64,000 nucleotides of DNA from an uncultured delta proteobacterium. GTDB lineage: Bacteria; Desulfobacterota; Desulfomonilia; UBA1062. Where the stretch lies: assembly GCA_963798485.1 (NCBI GenBank), contig CAWCTR010000007.1, positions 64,001-128,000 on the forward strand, read 5' to 3'. Shown piece by piece: positions 10,558 through 22,524 of this stretch; the stretch's first letter is position 1; each line of letters opens with the position of its first letter. The notes below the pieces were generated by a model. That model was not told the origin of the DNA and made no database searches. It saw only the letters and a list, made by a program, of their open reading frames with translations. The translations under genes and the position numbers were made by a program.

Positions 10558-11036
10558 ATGAACGGAATGCGGTGGATTGCCTTGCTCGTGTGGTTGGAGG
10601 TTTGCTTCGCTGTTGCGGGACTGGGCGCCTATTGGACTGTCGATGAAGTTACCGCGTGGTACAGGACGCTCGCAAGGCCGTCCATTGCTCCGCCGAACTG
10701 GGTCTTTGGCCCGGTGTGGACATTACTTTATGCGCCGATGTCTTTTGCTGCCTGGCGGGTCTGGTTGGCAGCCGATTCCCACTGCGGACATAGGGTTTGG
10801 CGCTTTTCCTGGTGCAGTTAGTCTTGAGCCTTGCCTGGTCGTGGATATTTTTCAGAGGGCACAACCTGGGGGCCGCGCTCGCTGAAGTCGCGCTGCTTTG
10901 GGTGGCCGTCGGCATCACCACCATGGTTTTCAGGCAGATTTTCCCGTTCGCGGCGTGGTTATTGGCTCCCTATTGGGCATGGGTGAGCTTTGCAACGGCC
11001 TTAAATGCAGCGTTCTGGCGGCTGAACCAAGGTTAG
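10558..11036 (+). CDS. TspO/MBR family protein, frameshift near 10.79 kb
   Basis: WY..L.RP..APPNWVFGPVWTLLY, then AWSWIFF and LLAPY.AWVSFATALN in the next frame. Confidence 0.88.
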
Positions 11037-11169
11037 CCAAGCGCCTTCGGGCGGCACACATCTAACTGCGTGGCCCGGGAAGGCCACCGGGTCAGACAAG
11101 CGAGGGCCGAGACCTCCCCCAGCCCTCACTCGTGCTTGCTAGATTCTGCTGGAATCCGGCCTGGAGGGC

Positions 11170-11370
11170 TTAGAGCGGCTGTACGTCAGCAGCTTGCCAG
11201 CCCTTGGGCCCCTTCACCACGTTGAACTGCACTGCCTGACCTTCCTGCAAGCTTTTGAAACCGCTTGAGTTGATCGCGGAATAATGCACAAACACATCTT
11301 CGCCGTTCTGGCGCGAAATAAAGCCGAAGCCCTTCGCGTCATTGAACCACTTCACAGTACCTTGTTCCAT
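11170..11370 (-). CDS. Cold-shock protein (CspA family)
   Basis: [15 protein letters not shown] and DVFVHYSAI (RNP1/RNP2); 66 aa from MEQG. Confidence 0.97.
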   Translation of the reverse strand: MEQGTVKWFNDAKGFGFISRQNGEDVFVHYSAINSSGFKSLQEGQAVQFNVVKGPKGWQAADVQPL

Positions 11371-11486
11371 TTTGTTCGTATTTCCTGTATTGAATTGCGC
11401 TTGATGAATCGGAGCGACCACTGGCAGAATCTTGCTTGGTTGGGCGAGTTACTGCTCACGCCCGGTTCGGCTCTAACGCTGAAAAC

Positions 11487-11495
11487 AGTGTATCA
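11487..11495 (-). promoter_or_regulatory. Extended -10 element (TGaTACACT) for csp, implying a ~110-nt leader
   Basis: Match to TGnTATAAT; long leaders are typical of csp genes. Confidence 0.45.
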
Positions 11496-11622
11496 TTGGT
11501 GTCAAAATTCTCTACATGAAATATCTGTCACCGTCTCACTTGGCGATTCCTGTCTCCGGAACCCGCTGACTGGAATGGGCCTTAGCATCCCGATTCCGGC
11601 TGTGATACTGTGAGAGGTCGCC

Positions 11623-12988
<1,366 letters not shown>

Positions 12989-13175
12989 GGCGGATGACGA
13001 ATACGGGCACCTATAAAACAGACCAAGAAAACGTTCTCATTATCATCGGAGCAGGGCTGCAAGCCTTCCGTTCGCCGGGTTTTCAGCATCCTGACCACTC
13101 TGGGCCAATTGCGCATTCCATCTACGCAATGGCCTGTCGAAACCTTCAGAACTCAATCGCGAGGTATTAACTCAA

Positions 13176-14331
13176 ATGCACGATCCAGCCGTCCTCCGTT
13201 CCATGCACCTTGCCCGTTTCAATGCCGAGCCCGCGCTGTTCGTCGCTCCCGGCCGCGTCAACCTGATCGGTGAGCACACCGACTACGCCGAGGGCTTCGT
13301 CATGCCCGTGGCCATCAACTTTGCCACGCTAGCTGCTATCTCGCCGCGCAACGACGGAAAGATCGTCATCTACTCCGAGAACTTTGGAGAGGAAAAAAGC
13401 TTTGAGGCAGCGGCCCTGCCCACCAAGCCGTCCAAAAACTGGAGCGATTATCCCATCGGCGTGGTCGTCATCCTGACCGGCGAAGGAAACAAGATTCCCG
13501 GCTTCAGCCTGAGTTTGTGGGGCGACGTGCCCCTGGGCTCCGGGCTTTCCAGTTCGGCGGCTCTTGAAGTGGTTACCGCACTCGCGGTGTTGTCCCTCAT
13601 CGGCGTCAGCTATCCGGGACCGGTGCTCGCGCGCCTTTGCCAGCGCGTCGAAAATGAGTTCGTCGGCGCCAACTGCGGCATCATGGACCAGTTCATCTCA
13701 GCGAACGGCAAGGAGAATCACGCTCTGCTGCTCGACTGCCGCGACCTCAGCTTCCGTCTTGCTCCCATTCCCGCCGATGTAGCGCTGGTCATCGCAAACA
13801 CGATGGTCAAGCACTCCATTTCGGGCGGCGACTACCCCACCCGCCGCCGCGAGTCTGAAGCTGCCTGCGCGATTATCGCGAGCCACCGCCCCGGAGTTCC
13901 CTTCCTGCGCGATGCCACACTCGAAGACCTCGACAAGTGGGGCCATGAGATGGAGCCCAAGTCGCTGATGCGCGCACGTCACGTGATCAGCGAGAACCTG
14001 CGCACAGTCGCAGCCTCTGAGGCGCTGTTGCGCGGCGACATGAAAGAGTTGGGCCGACTGATGGCCGAGGCTCACGCCAGCTACAGCGGCGACTTTGAGG
14101 GCAGCTGCGTCGAGGCCGATACGATGGTGGCCCTGGCGCAGGATTTGCCAGGCCTGATCGGCGCGCGCCTCACCGGTGGAGGCTTCGGCGGCTGTACCAT
14201 CAACCTGGTGGAGCAGAGCCACGCCGCCGCTTTCGCCAAGGCCCTGGGTGCGCGGTATGCGGCCAAAACCGGCATCGTGCCGCGAGATTCACATCTGCCA
14301 CGCTTCAAACGGCGCTCACAAGCTGGATTAA
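13176..14331 (+). CDS. galK: Galactokinase; true C-terminus (EIHICHASNGAHKLD*) lies in another frame after ~14,283
   Basis: APGRVNLIGEHTDY, PLGSGLSSSAA, CGIMDQ, GARLTGGGFGGC. Confidence 0.95.
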
Positions 14332-14647
14332 GTCGTTCCTTTGAGAGCCCCGCGGCCGTGCTTCAGGCTGCGGAGCTGTTCGCGGATTGCCGTGCTCATT
14401 TGCTCCGACCCAGCGGGCGGTGCAACCATCGGAGTCAAATGCAAATTGTTCTCGCTTTTCTGTGCATCCTGCACATCCCACAGAAGTTGGATGACTCTAA
14501 GCATCCGTTAAGCAGAACCTTGATAAAATTGGTTGATGTTTGCCCCATGAGGGTCGGGTAGGTGGTCAAGGTCCGGCGCGCCGCCGCTGGATTCACTTCT
14601 CGGAGGGCTCACTCGCCAGGTGACAGCGGCACGGAGAAATAGAACTG

Positions 14648-16413
14648 ATGCAACCGGGATCAACAAAGCCATTTTCCTACGAGACCTTTCCGAACGCCGG
14701 CCACGTCGCGTACTTCTCGATGGAGATCGCGATCCATCCCTCCATGCCGACCTATTCGGGCGGCCTTGGCGTCCTGGCTGGAGACACGCTGCGCTCCGCG
14801 GCCGACCTTGGCATTCCCCTGATCGCCTTTTCGCTCATACATCGCAAGGGATATTTCCAGCAGCATCTTGATCGCTCAGGCGTGCAGAGTGAAGAAGTTC
14901 AGCCCTGGGATCCGGCGGACTTCTGCACGGAAGAATCGGCGCGGGTCACCGTCTCCATTGAAGACCGCATCGTTACCGTGCGCGCCTGGCGCTACGACAT
15001 GAAGGGCCGCTCCGGCCACGTGGTGCCCATCTACCTGCTGGACACGGATGTGGACGGCAACTCGGGATGGGATCGCGGCCTCACCGATCATCTTTACGGC
15101 GGCGACACGAATTACCGCTTGCAGCAGGAGATTGTTCTCGGCATGGGCGGCGTCGCGCATGGCGCACGCGCTCGGCTACCGGATCAACGTCTACCACATG
15201 AACGAGGGCCACGCCGCGCTGCTGACTCTGGCGCTGCTGGAGCGCCAGCTGGGCGGCGGACCGCTGGGCGCGGCCACTGAAGCCGACATTGAGCAGGTGC
15301 GCAAGAAGTGCGTCTTCACTACGCATACGCCGGTACCGGCCGGCCACGATCGCTTCTCAATTGAGCAGTCTATTCGCATCCTCGGCGGCGACCGTACGGC
15401 GCGCCTTGAGAAGCAGGGCTGTTTTCGCGACGGTCTGCTGAACATGACGCTGCTGGCGCTGCGCTTTTCCCGCTACGCCAACGGCGTCGCCATGCAGCAC
15501 GGCAAAGTTTCCCGCGAAATGTTTCCCGAGTTCTCCGATCGACTCCATCACCAACGGCGTTCACGCGCCCACCTGGGTGTCGGAGCCCATTCAGCAGATG
15601 CTCGATGAGCACATTCCCGCATGGCGGCGCGACAACCTCTATCTGCGCAATGCAATCGATCTGCCTGAAACAAAGATCCAGGCCGCGCATGCTCGTGCCA
15701 AAGAGGCGTTGTTTACAGAGGTAGCTACGCGCACAGGCCTGGTGCTCAATCCAAAAGTGCTTACACTGGGCTTTGCCCGCAGGGCTGCCACGTACAAACG
15801 TGCCAACTTGTTGTTTACCGACCCAGAGCGCCTACTCAGGATTGCCAACGCTGCTGGCGGCTTGCAGATTCTCTACGCCGGCAAGGCGCATCCCCAGGAC
15901 GAGCCCGGCAAGGCGCTCATCCAGCAGGTTGTGGAAGAGGCTGCCAGCTTTTCTGGCGACGTTCTGCGCGTCGTCTATCTCGAAAACTACGCCTGGGACC
16001 TGGGCGCCTTGCTGACTGCCGGCGTGGACGTATGGATCAACACCCCCAAGCGGCCCTACGAAGCTTCGGGGACCAGCGGCATGAAGGCCGCCCTCAATGG
16101 CGTTCCCAGCCTTTCAATTCTCGACGGCTGGTGGATTGAGGGATGCATCGAGGGCTATACGGGGTGGGCGATTGAAGACGGCGCCAGTGACGCAGAGGAA
16201 GCTGAATCGCTCTACGTCAAGCTCGAATCCGCCGTGGTTCCGCTCTATCTTCAGGCGCCCGAAAAGTGGGCGCGCCTCATGCGCAACACCATCGCCTTCA
16301 ACGGCTCCTATTTCAACACCAATAGGATGGTGAAGCAGTACACGCGCAACGCCTACTACCCTGTCAAGCTCGTCGATCAGGTTCCCGTCCGCGAAGAAGT
16401 CTTCGCGGACTAA
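14648..16413 (+). CDS. glgP: Short alpha-glucan phosphorylase, frameshifts near 15.16 kb and 15.54 kb
   Basis: AYFSME, YSGGLGVLAGD, HMNEGH, FTTHTPVPAGHDRF, EASGTSGMKAALNG. Confidence 0.9.
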
Positions 16414-16419
16414 GGAGTC

Positions 16420-19080
16420 CTAAGAGTACAACCGAATCTCGCTTGACGTTCCACCCGCGGCAGGAATGTAGCACTTCTGCGTGTAATCCATCACCATGCG
16501 GTCGGCATTGAAGCGCCATCCTAGCGTGCGAATGGTCCGCTTCATCCGTTTGATCCAGCCACGCGGCAGCCCGTCCCGGTCGCGCTGGTAGAAGAGCGGA
16601 ATCACTTCGTCGTGCAGCACCCGGTAAAGATCTTCTCCATCGCGGCTGTCGTGGACATCCATGTTTGAGTGGGTTCTGCCTCCCCCGATGGCAAAGCCGT
16701 TCAAGCCGTCATAGGCTTCCGCCCACCAGCCATCGAGAACTGATAGGTTCAAGCCTCCATTGAGCACAACTTTTTGTCCGCTCGTGCCCGAGGCCTCCAG
16801 CGGCCTCCTTGGATTGTTCAGCCACACGTCCACGCCCTGCACCAGGTAGCGGCCCACGTTGATGTCGTAGTCCTCAATGAAAACCAGCTTGGTCTGGAAC
16901 TTCGAGTCGCGCATCAACTCCGCAATCTGCTGCAGCACGCGCTTGCCCGGTTCGTCATGTGGATGCGCCTTACCGGCAAACAGAAACTGCACCGGCCGCT
17001 TGGGATCGTTCACCATCGAGACAAGCAGTTCAATATCGCTCAGCACCAGGTTGGCTCGCTTATAGGTGGCAAATCGCCGCGCAAATCCGATAGTCAAGGC
17101 GTCGGGCGAAAGAATCTTGCTCAGCTTCTGCAGCGACTCGGCCGGCTCCTTGCGGCGTTCCGCCTGTTCCTTTGCCCGCCGCCGCGCAAAATCGATCAGC
17201 TGTGCCTTCAGGCTCAGGTGCGTCTCCCACAATTCGCCGTCCTCAACGGTCTCAATCTTTTCCCAGGTCTTTGGCCAACTGCTGTGATGCTGCCAGCCGA
17301 CCCCCAGATGTCGATCGTAGAGTCGGCACATCTGCGGCGCCAACCACGAGGGTACGTGAACTCCATTGGTGATGTGACCGATGGGCACGGCGTCTTCAGG
17401 ACGGCCCGGATAAAGGCACTTCCACATGGCTCTCGAAACTTCTCCATGCAGCGACGAAACGGCATTCACGCGCCGCGCCAGCTTAAGGCCAAGCACCGTC
17501 ATGCAGAAGCTCTCTCCATAGTCGGTGGGATACTCTCGGCCGAAGCCCATCATATTTTCATGAGAAATGCCGAGCTGATCGCGCAGCGGGCCCAGGTGCT
17601 CTTCCATTAGGTCCGCACTGAAGCGGTCGTGACCCGCAGGCACCGGTGTGTGCGTGGTAAAAATCACTTCGCGCGGAATCAGGCTGGCGGCCGTAGCAAA
17701 GTCGAGGCCCTCCTCCACCATGCGATCGCGGATTGCTTCGAACACCACAAATCCGCTGTGTCCCTCATTCAAATGCAGCACGCCGGGCGCAATGCCCATG
17801 GCCTTCAAAGCGCGGAAGCCGCCGATGCCAAGCAGCAGTTCCTGGCGGATGCGCGTCCGCGCGTCCCCGCCATACAGCCGCGATGTGGTCTGCAGATCTT
17901 CAGGCGCGTTGCCGGCCACGTTCGAGTCCAGCAGGAACAGGTCGCACCGGCCAACCTTCATGCGCCACACCTTGGCCCGGATGATCCCGCTCCTGGTCGC
18001 AATCTCCACCACCACCGGTTCGCCGTTCGCCCCGATCGCCGGCTGCATCGGCAACTTGTGCACATCGGTTTCCACGTACTCTTCGCGCTGCCAGCCCGTC
18101 TCGTCCAGCCGCTGCAGAAAGTATCCCTGCCCGTAAAACAAGCCGACGCCAATCAGCGGAATCCCCAGGTCAGACGCGCTCTTGATGTGGTCGCCGGACA
18201 GCACGCCCAGCCCGCCCGAGTAAATAGGCAGCGACTCGTGCATCCCGAACTCAGCTGAAAAATAAGCAATCGGGCGAGGGCGCAGAACTCCCGCATTCGC
18301 CGCGCCCCACGTGCGGTCCGCGTTCAGATACTCCTGCTGGCGCCGATACACGTAATTGATTCTGCTGTGAAGCACCAACTCCGCGGCCCGGCGTTCAATC
18401 TCGCCCAACGGCATCTCGCTCAGCAGCGAGATGGGATTCTGATTCAGCTCGCGCCATCGCTTCGGATTCAAATCCCGGAACAGGCTAATGCAGTCATGGT
18501 CCCAGCTCCACCACACGTTATTCGCTAGCGCCCACAGCCGCTCCTGTGCCGGAGCGATAAAGCGTGCCAGCGTGCGCGCCTCACTCACTACCGGCGCCAC
18601 CTGCGCAGCCGCTTCAGACAGCATGTGCACCTCGTTTTCCCGGTAGGCACGCGGATCCTTGGTTTGCACCACAAGAACCCCCTGAAGCACGCCATGGTGG
18701 ATTAAGGGAACGCCGAGAAACGAATGGTACTGGTCTTCGCCGGACTCGCTGAAGTATTTGAAGCGGGGATGGTTTCTTACATCGTCGACCGCAACCGGCA
18801 TCACCTGCTCGGCCACCAGGCCTGAAAGCCCTTCATTCAACGGCATGCGCAATGTGCCGATGCTCTTGGGGTGCAGGCCGAGCGTCGCTGCCAATACGAG
18901 GTTCGATCGATCCGGCTCAAGCAGGTAGGCCGAGCACACATCGGTTCTGAACCGCTTGGCAATCAGCGCGACCACATTCATCAGGGTGTCGGCGGGCTTT
19001 CCCCCTTCCGCGGCAAGGTTTGAAATCTCCTCAACAGTCAAAACAAGATTGGCGTCGTTTGCCTCGTAGGGTTCAGTCAT
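16420..19080 (-). CDS. glgP: Alpha-glucan phosphorylase with N-terminal GAF domain
   Basis: GAF domain (first ~170 aa), then LANNVWWSW, YSGGLGVLSGDH, HLNEGH, EASGTSGQK. Confidence 0.93.
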   Translation of the reverse strand: MTEPYEANDANLVLTVEEISNLAAEGGKPADTLMNVVALIAKRFRTDVCSAYLLEPDRSNLVLAATLGLHPKSIGTLRMPLNEGLSGLVAEQVMPVAVDDVRNHPRFKYFSESGEDQYHSFLGVPLIHHGVLQGVLVVQTKDPRAYRENEVHMLSEAAAQVAPVVSEARTLARFIAPAQERLWALANNVWWSWDHDCISLFRDLNPKRWRELNQNPISLLSEMPLGEIERRAAELVLHSRINYVYRRQQEYLNADRTWGAANAGVLRPRPIAYFSAEFGMHESLPIYSGGLGVLSGDHIKSASDLGIPLIGVGLFYGQGYFLQRLDETGWQREEYVETDVHKLPMQPAIGANGEPVVVEIATRSGIIRAKVWRMKVGRCDLFLLDSNVAGNAPEDLQTTSRLYGGDARTRIRQELLLGIGGFRALKAMGIAPGVLHLNEGHSGFVVFEAIRDRMVEEGLDFATAASLIPREVIFTTHTPVPAGHDRFSADLMEEHLGPLRDQLGISHENMMGFGREYPTDYGESFCMTVLGLKLARRVNAVSSLHGEVSRAMWKCLYPGRPEDAVPIGHITNGVHVPSWLAPQMCRLYDRHLGVGWQHHSSWPKTWEKIETVEDGELWETHLSLKAQLIDFARRRAKEQAERRKEPAESLQKLSKILSPDALTIGFARRFATYKRANLVLSDIELLVSMVNDPKRPVQFLFAGKAHPHDEPGKRVLQQIAELMRDSKFQTKLVFIEDYDINVGRYLVQGVDVWLNNPRRPLEASGTSGQKVVLNGGLNLSVLDGWWAEAYDGLNGFAIGGGRTHSNMDVHDSRDGEDLYRVLHDEVIPLFYQRDRDGLPRGWIKRMKRTIRTLGWRFNADRMVMDYTQKCYIPAAGGTSSEIRLYS

Positions 19081-19356
19081 CGGTATGCGCTAGCCTTTCG
19101 AATGAGAAATGAAGTAAACCGCATCGACACGTGTGCCGCGCCGCGACAAGTGTGCAGTGATTCAGGCAATGAAAATGCGAAGTTTAAAGCGGTTAGTGCT
19201 GACTGCTGGGTCTCAGGGAAAAATCCCAAGGTTCGCGGAGCGGGATTATTTCGACAATATCATCAATCCGCCGGAAACAGCGAATCGGTCTCACGCAGCC
19301 AGGTTTGCCGGTGCAGCAATTGCGAGGAATCTCCGGCCTGAAGCGGTCCTTCTTCC

Positions 19357-22300
19357 TCAGTCTCCCGGAGCCTCACCCAGCTCCACGCCGACCTTTTGCA
19401 GCTTCATCACTTTCCACTGCAAACGGTCGAAAAAGAGGTAAACCACCGGTGTGGTAAAGAGCGTGAGCGCCTGTGAAACCAGAAGCCCGCCGACGATGGT
19501 GATGCCTAGCGGCTTGCGCAGCTCTGAGCCGACGCCCATGCCGATTGCCAGCGGCATACCGCCGAAGAGTGCTGCCATCGTCGTCATCATGATGGGGCGG
19601 AAGCGCAGCAGACAGGCCTGATAAATCGCCTCAACCGGTGGCAGTCCCTGCTCGCGCTCGGCCTGGAGCGCGAAATCGATCATCATGATCGCGTTCTTCT
19701 TCACAATGCCGATCAGCAGGATAATGCCGATCAGGGCAATGATGCTCAAATCGGTTCCCGTGATCAGCAACGCGAGAATGGCGCCCGCGCCGGCCGGCGG
19801 CAGCGTGGACAGAATGGTCAGCGGATGGATCAGGCTCTCATAAAGAATGCCAAGCACGATGTAAACGGCCACCAGCGCGGCCAGAATCAGATATGGCTCG
19901 TTTTTCAGCGAGTCCTGAAATGCCTGCGCCGTTCCCTGGAAGCTCGGATGAATCGTCGAAGGCATGCCCATCTCGCGCTGCGCCTGTTCCAGAGCCGTCA
20001 CCGCATCGCCAAGCGCAACGTTGGGAGCCAGATTAAAGGTCAGCGTCACCGCGGGATATTGTCCCTGGTGATTGACCGCCAGCGAAGTGTGGTGGTTTTC
20101 ATAGTGAGCGATGGTTGACAGCGGCACCATTGCGCCGCTCGCCGACTTGATGAAGATGCCGTTCAACGCGTCCGGGCTGCGCTGGTATTGCGGATCCACC
20201 TCCATCACAACAAAATACTGGTTCAGCCCGGTGTACATCGTCGACACTTCCCGCTGGCCAAAAGCGTCGTAAAGCACTGAGTCGATCATTGCGGCCGTAA
20301 TCCCCAGCCTCGAAGCCGTATCCCGGTCGATCACCAGGTTTGTCGCCAGACCCTGGCTTTGCTGATCGGTGGAGACGTCGGCAAGCTGCGGCATCTTCCT
20401 TGCCCGTGCCTCCAGTTGCGGAGCCCAGCGTGTTCAGCTCATTCAGATTCTCGTCTGAAAGCGTGTACTGGTACTGTGCTGAGCTGCCGCGGCCGCCAAC
20501 CTGAATGTCCTGCTGGGCCTGCAGAAAGAGTGTTGCGCCGGGAACGCTGGTCAGCTTGCGCCGCAACCGCGCCACCACCTGGTCGGCTGAGACCCTTCCC
20601 GGCCGATCGCTCAGCGGCTTCAGCGCAAGAAACATGCCGCCTGTGTTGCTGCCGCCGCCGCCGGGCGCCGCCGCCCACAAACGCCGTCACCGATTGCACT
20701 GCCGGATCTTCGATCGTCATCTGCGCCAGTTGCCGTTGCTTTCCTTCATCGCATCGAAGGCAATATCCTGCGCAGCGATCGTCCGTCCGCCCAGCCGCCC
20801 CGTGTCCTGCTGCGGAAAGAAGCCCTTGGGCACGATGATGTAGAGGTAAACGTTCAACGCAGCGGTGCCAACCGCCACACCCAGAATGAGCCACTGGTGG
20901 CGCAGCACCCAGCGCAATCCGGCGTGCGTATTCGTTGTGCAACCAGTTGAAGGCGCTTTCGCTGGCCCGATAGATGCGCCCATGCCGGTTTTCGTCCCGC
21001 GACTTGAGAAAACGGGCGCAAAGCATCGGCGTCGTGGTCAGCGACACCAGCATCGAAACGGCAATCGCCACCGAAAGCGTGACCGCAAACTCGCGAAACA
21101 GCTTGCCCACAATCCCGCCCATCAGCAGGATGGGCGTAAACACGGCGATCAGCGAGGTGCTCATCGAGAGCACGGTAAATCCGATCTCCTTCGACCCCTT
21201 CATCGCGGCTTCATAAGGCTCCATGCCCATTTCCAGGTAGCGCGTGATGTTCTCAATCACCACAATCGCGTCGTCCACCACAAACCCCGTCGCTACGGTC
21301 AGCGCCATCAGCGAGAGATTGTCGATGGTGTAGCCGACCAGGTACATCACGCCGAACGTGCCCAGCAGCGACAAGCGGCACGGCCACTGAGGGAATAATG
21401 GTGGCCCATACCTCGCGCAAAAACATGAAGACCACCAGCACAACCAGCATCACGCTGATCATCAGCGAGATCTCCACATCGTGGACGCTGGAGCGAATGG
21501 TGACGGTGCGGTCCACAGCCACGTTGATCTTGATCGTCGGCGGAATGGCCGCCTGCAGGTGAGGCATCTCGGCCATCACGTTGTCCACGGTCGAGATCAC
21601 GTTCGCGCCTGGAATCTTGAACACCAACAGCATGATCGCGTCTTCAGTTGCCCGGCGGACCTTTGATCGGATTGATGCCGGCCACGCCGCCGTGTCAGAA
21701 TGTTCGACACGCTGTCGGTCACAGTGCCCAGATCGCCCACGCGCACCGCGCGCCGGTCTGCTTGTTATACCCGGCGATGATCGGCGCGTAGTCCTGGGCT
21801 TTGAAGATCTGGTCGTTGTCGTAGATGGCCCAGCGGTTTTGCGCGTCCTGGAATGCGCCTTTTGGCCGATTGGCATTCGCTCCGGACAGCGCCGTGCGCA
21901 CCGCCTCAAGACCAATGCCGTTGTTGGCCAGCTGCATCGGGATTCAGCTCAACGCGCACAGCGGGGCTCGAGCTGCCGCCCACAAACACCTGGCCAACAC
22001 CCTGCGATCTGCGCCATCTTCTGCGCCAGGATCGAGTCGGCCATGTCGTATATCTGCGGCTTCGGCACCACATCCGAGGTCAGCGTCAGGATCAGGATCG
22101 GCGCGTCAGCCGGATTCGCCTTCCGGTAGCTTGGATTCTGTGGCAGGTATGAGGGCAACTGACTGCGCGCCGCGTTGATGGCCGCTTGCACGTCGCGCGC
22201 CGCTGCGTTGATGTCGCGATTGATGTCGAACTGCAGGGTTACGATTGCCGAGCCCAGCGAGCTTGACGAGGTCATCTGGTTCACGCCGGCGATGCGCCCG

Positions 22301-22512
22301 AACTGCCGCTCCAGCGGCGTCGCCACAGCCGATGCCATCGTCTCCGGGCTCGCGCCGGGCAAGCCAGCGCTGGCGCCGATCACCGGAAAATCCACGTCAG
22401 GCAGCGAGGCCACCGGCAGCACCGTGTAGGCCACGGAGCCCGCCAGCAGCAGGGCCAGGCTCAGCAGCGAGGTGGCTACCGGCCGCTTAATGAATGGTGC
22501 GGAAAGATGCAT
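19357..22512 (-). CDS. mdtC: RND efflux permease (MdtC-like), several frameshifts
   Basis: [56 protein letters not shown] in successive ORFs. Confidence 0.85.
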
Positions 22513-22524
22513 GGTTCCTGGTCC

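Noticed and set aside
14283-14561. C-terminal extension of GalK
   Set aside because: A normal GalK ending with a stop at 14331 is present in another frame
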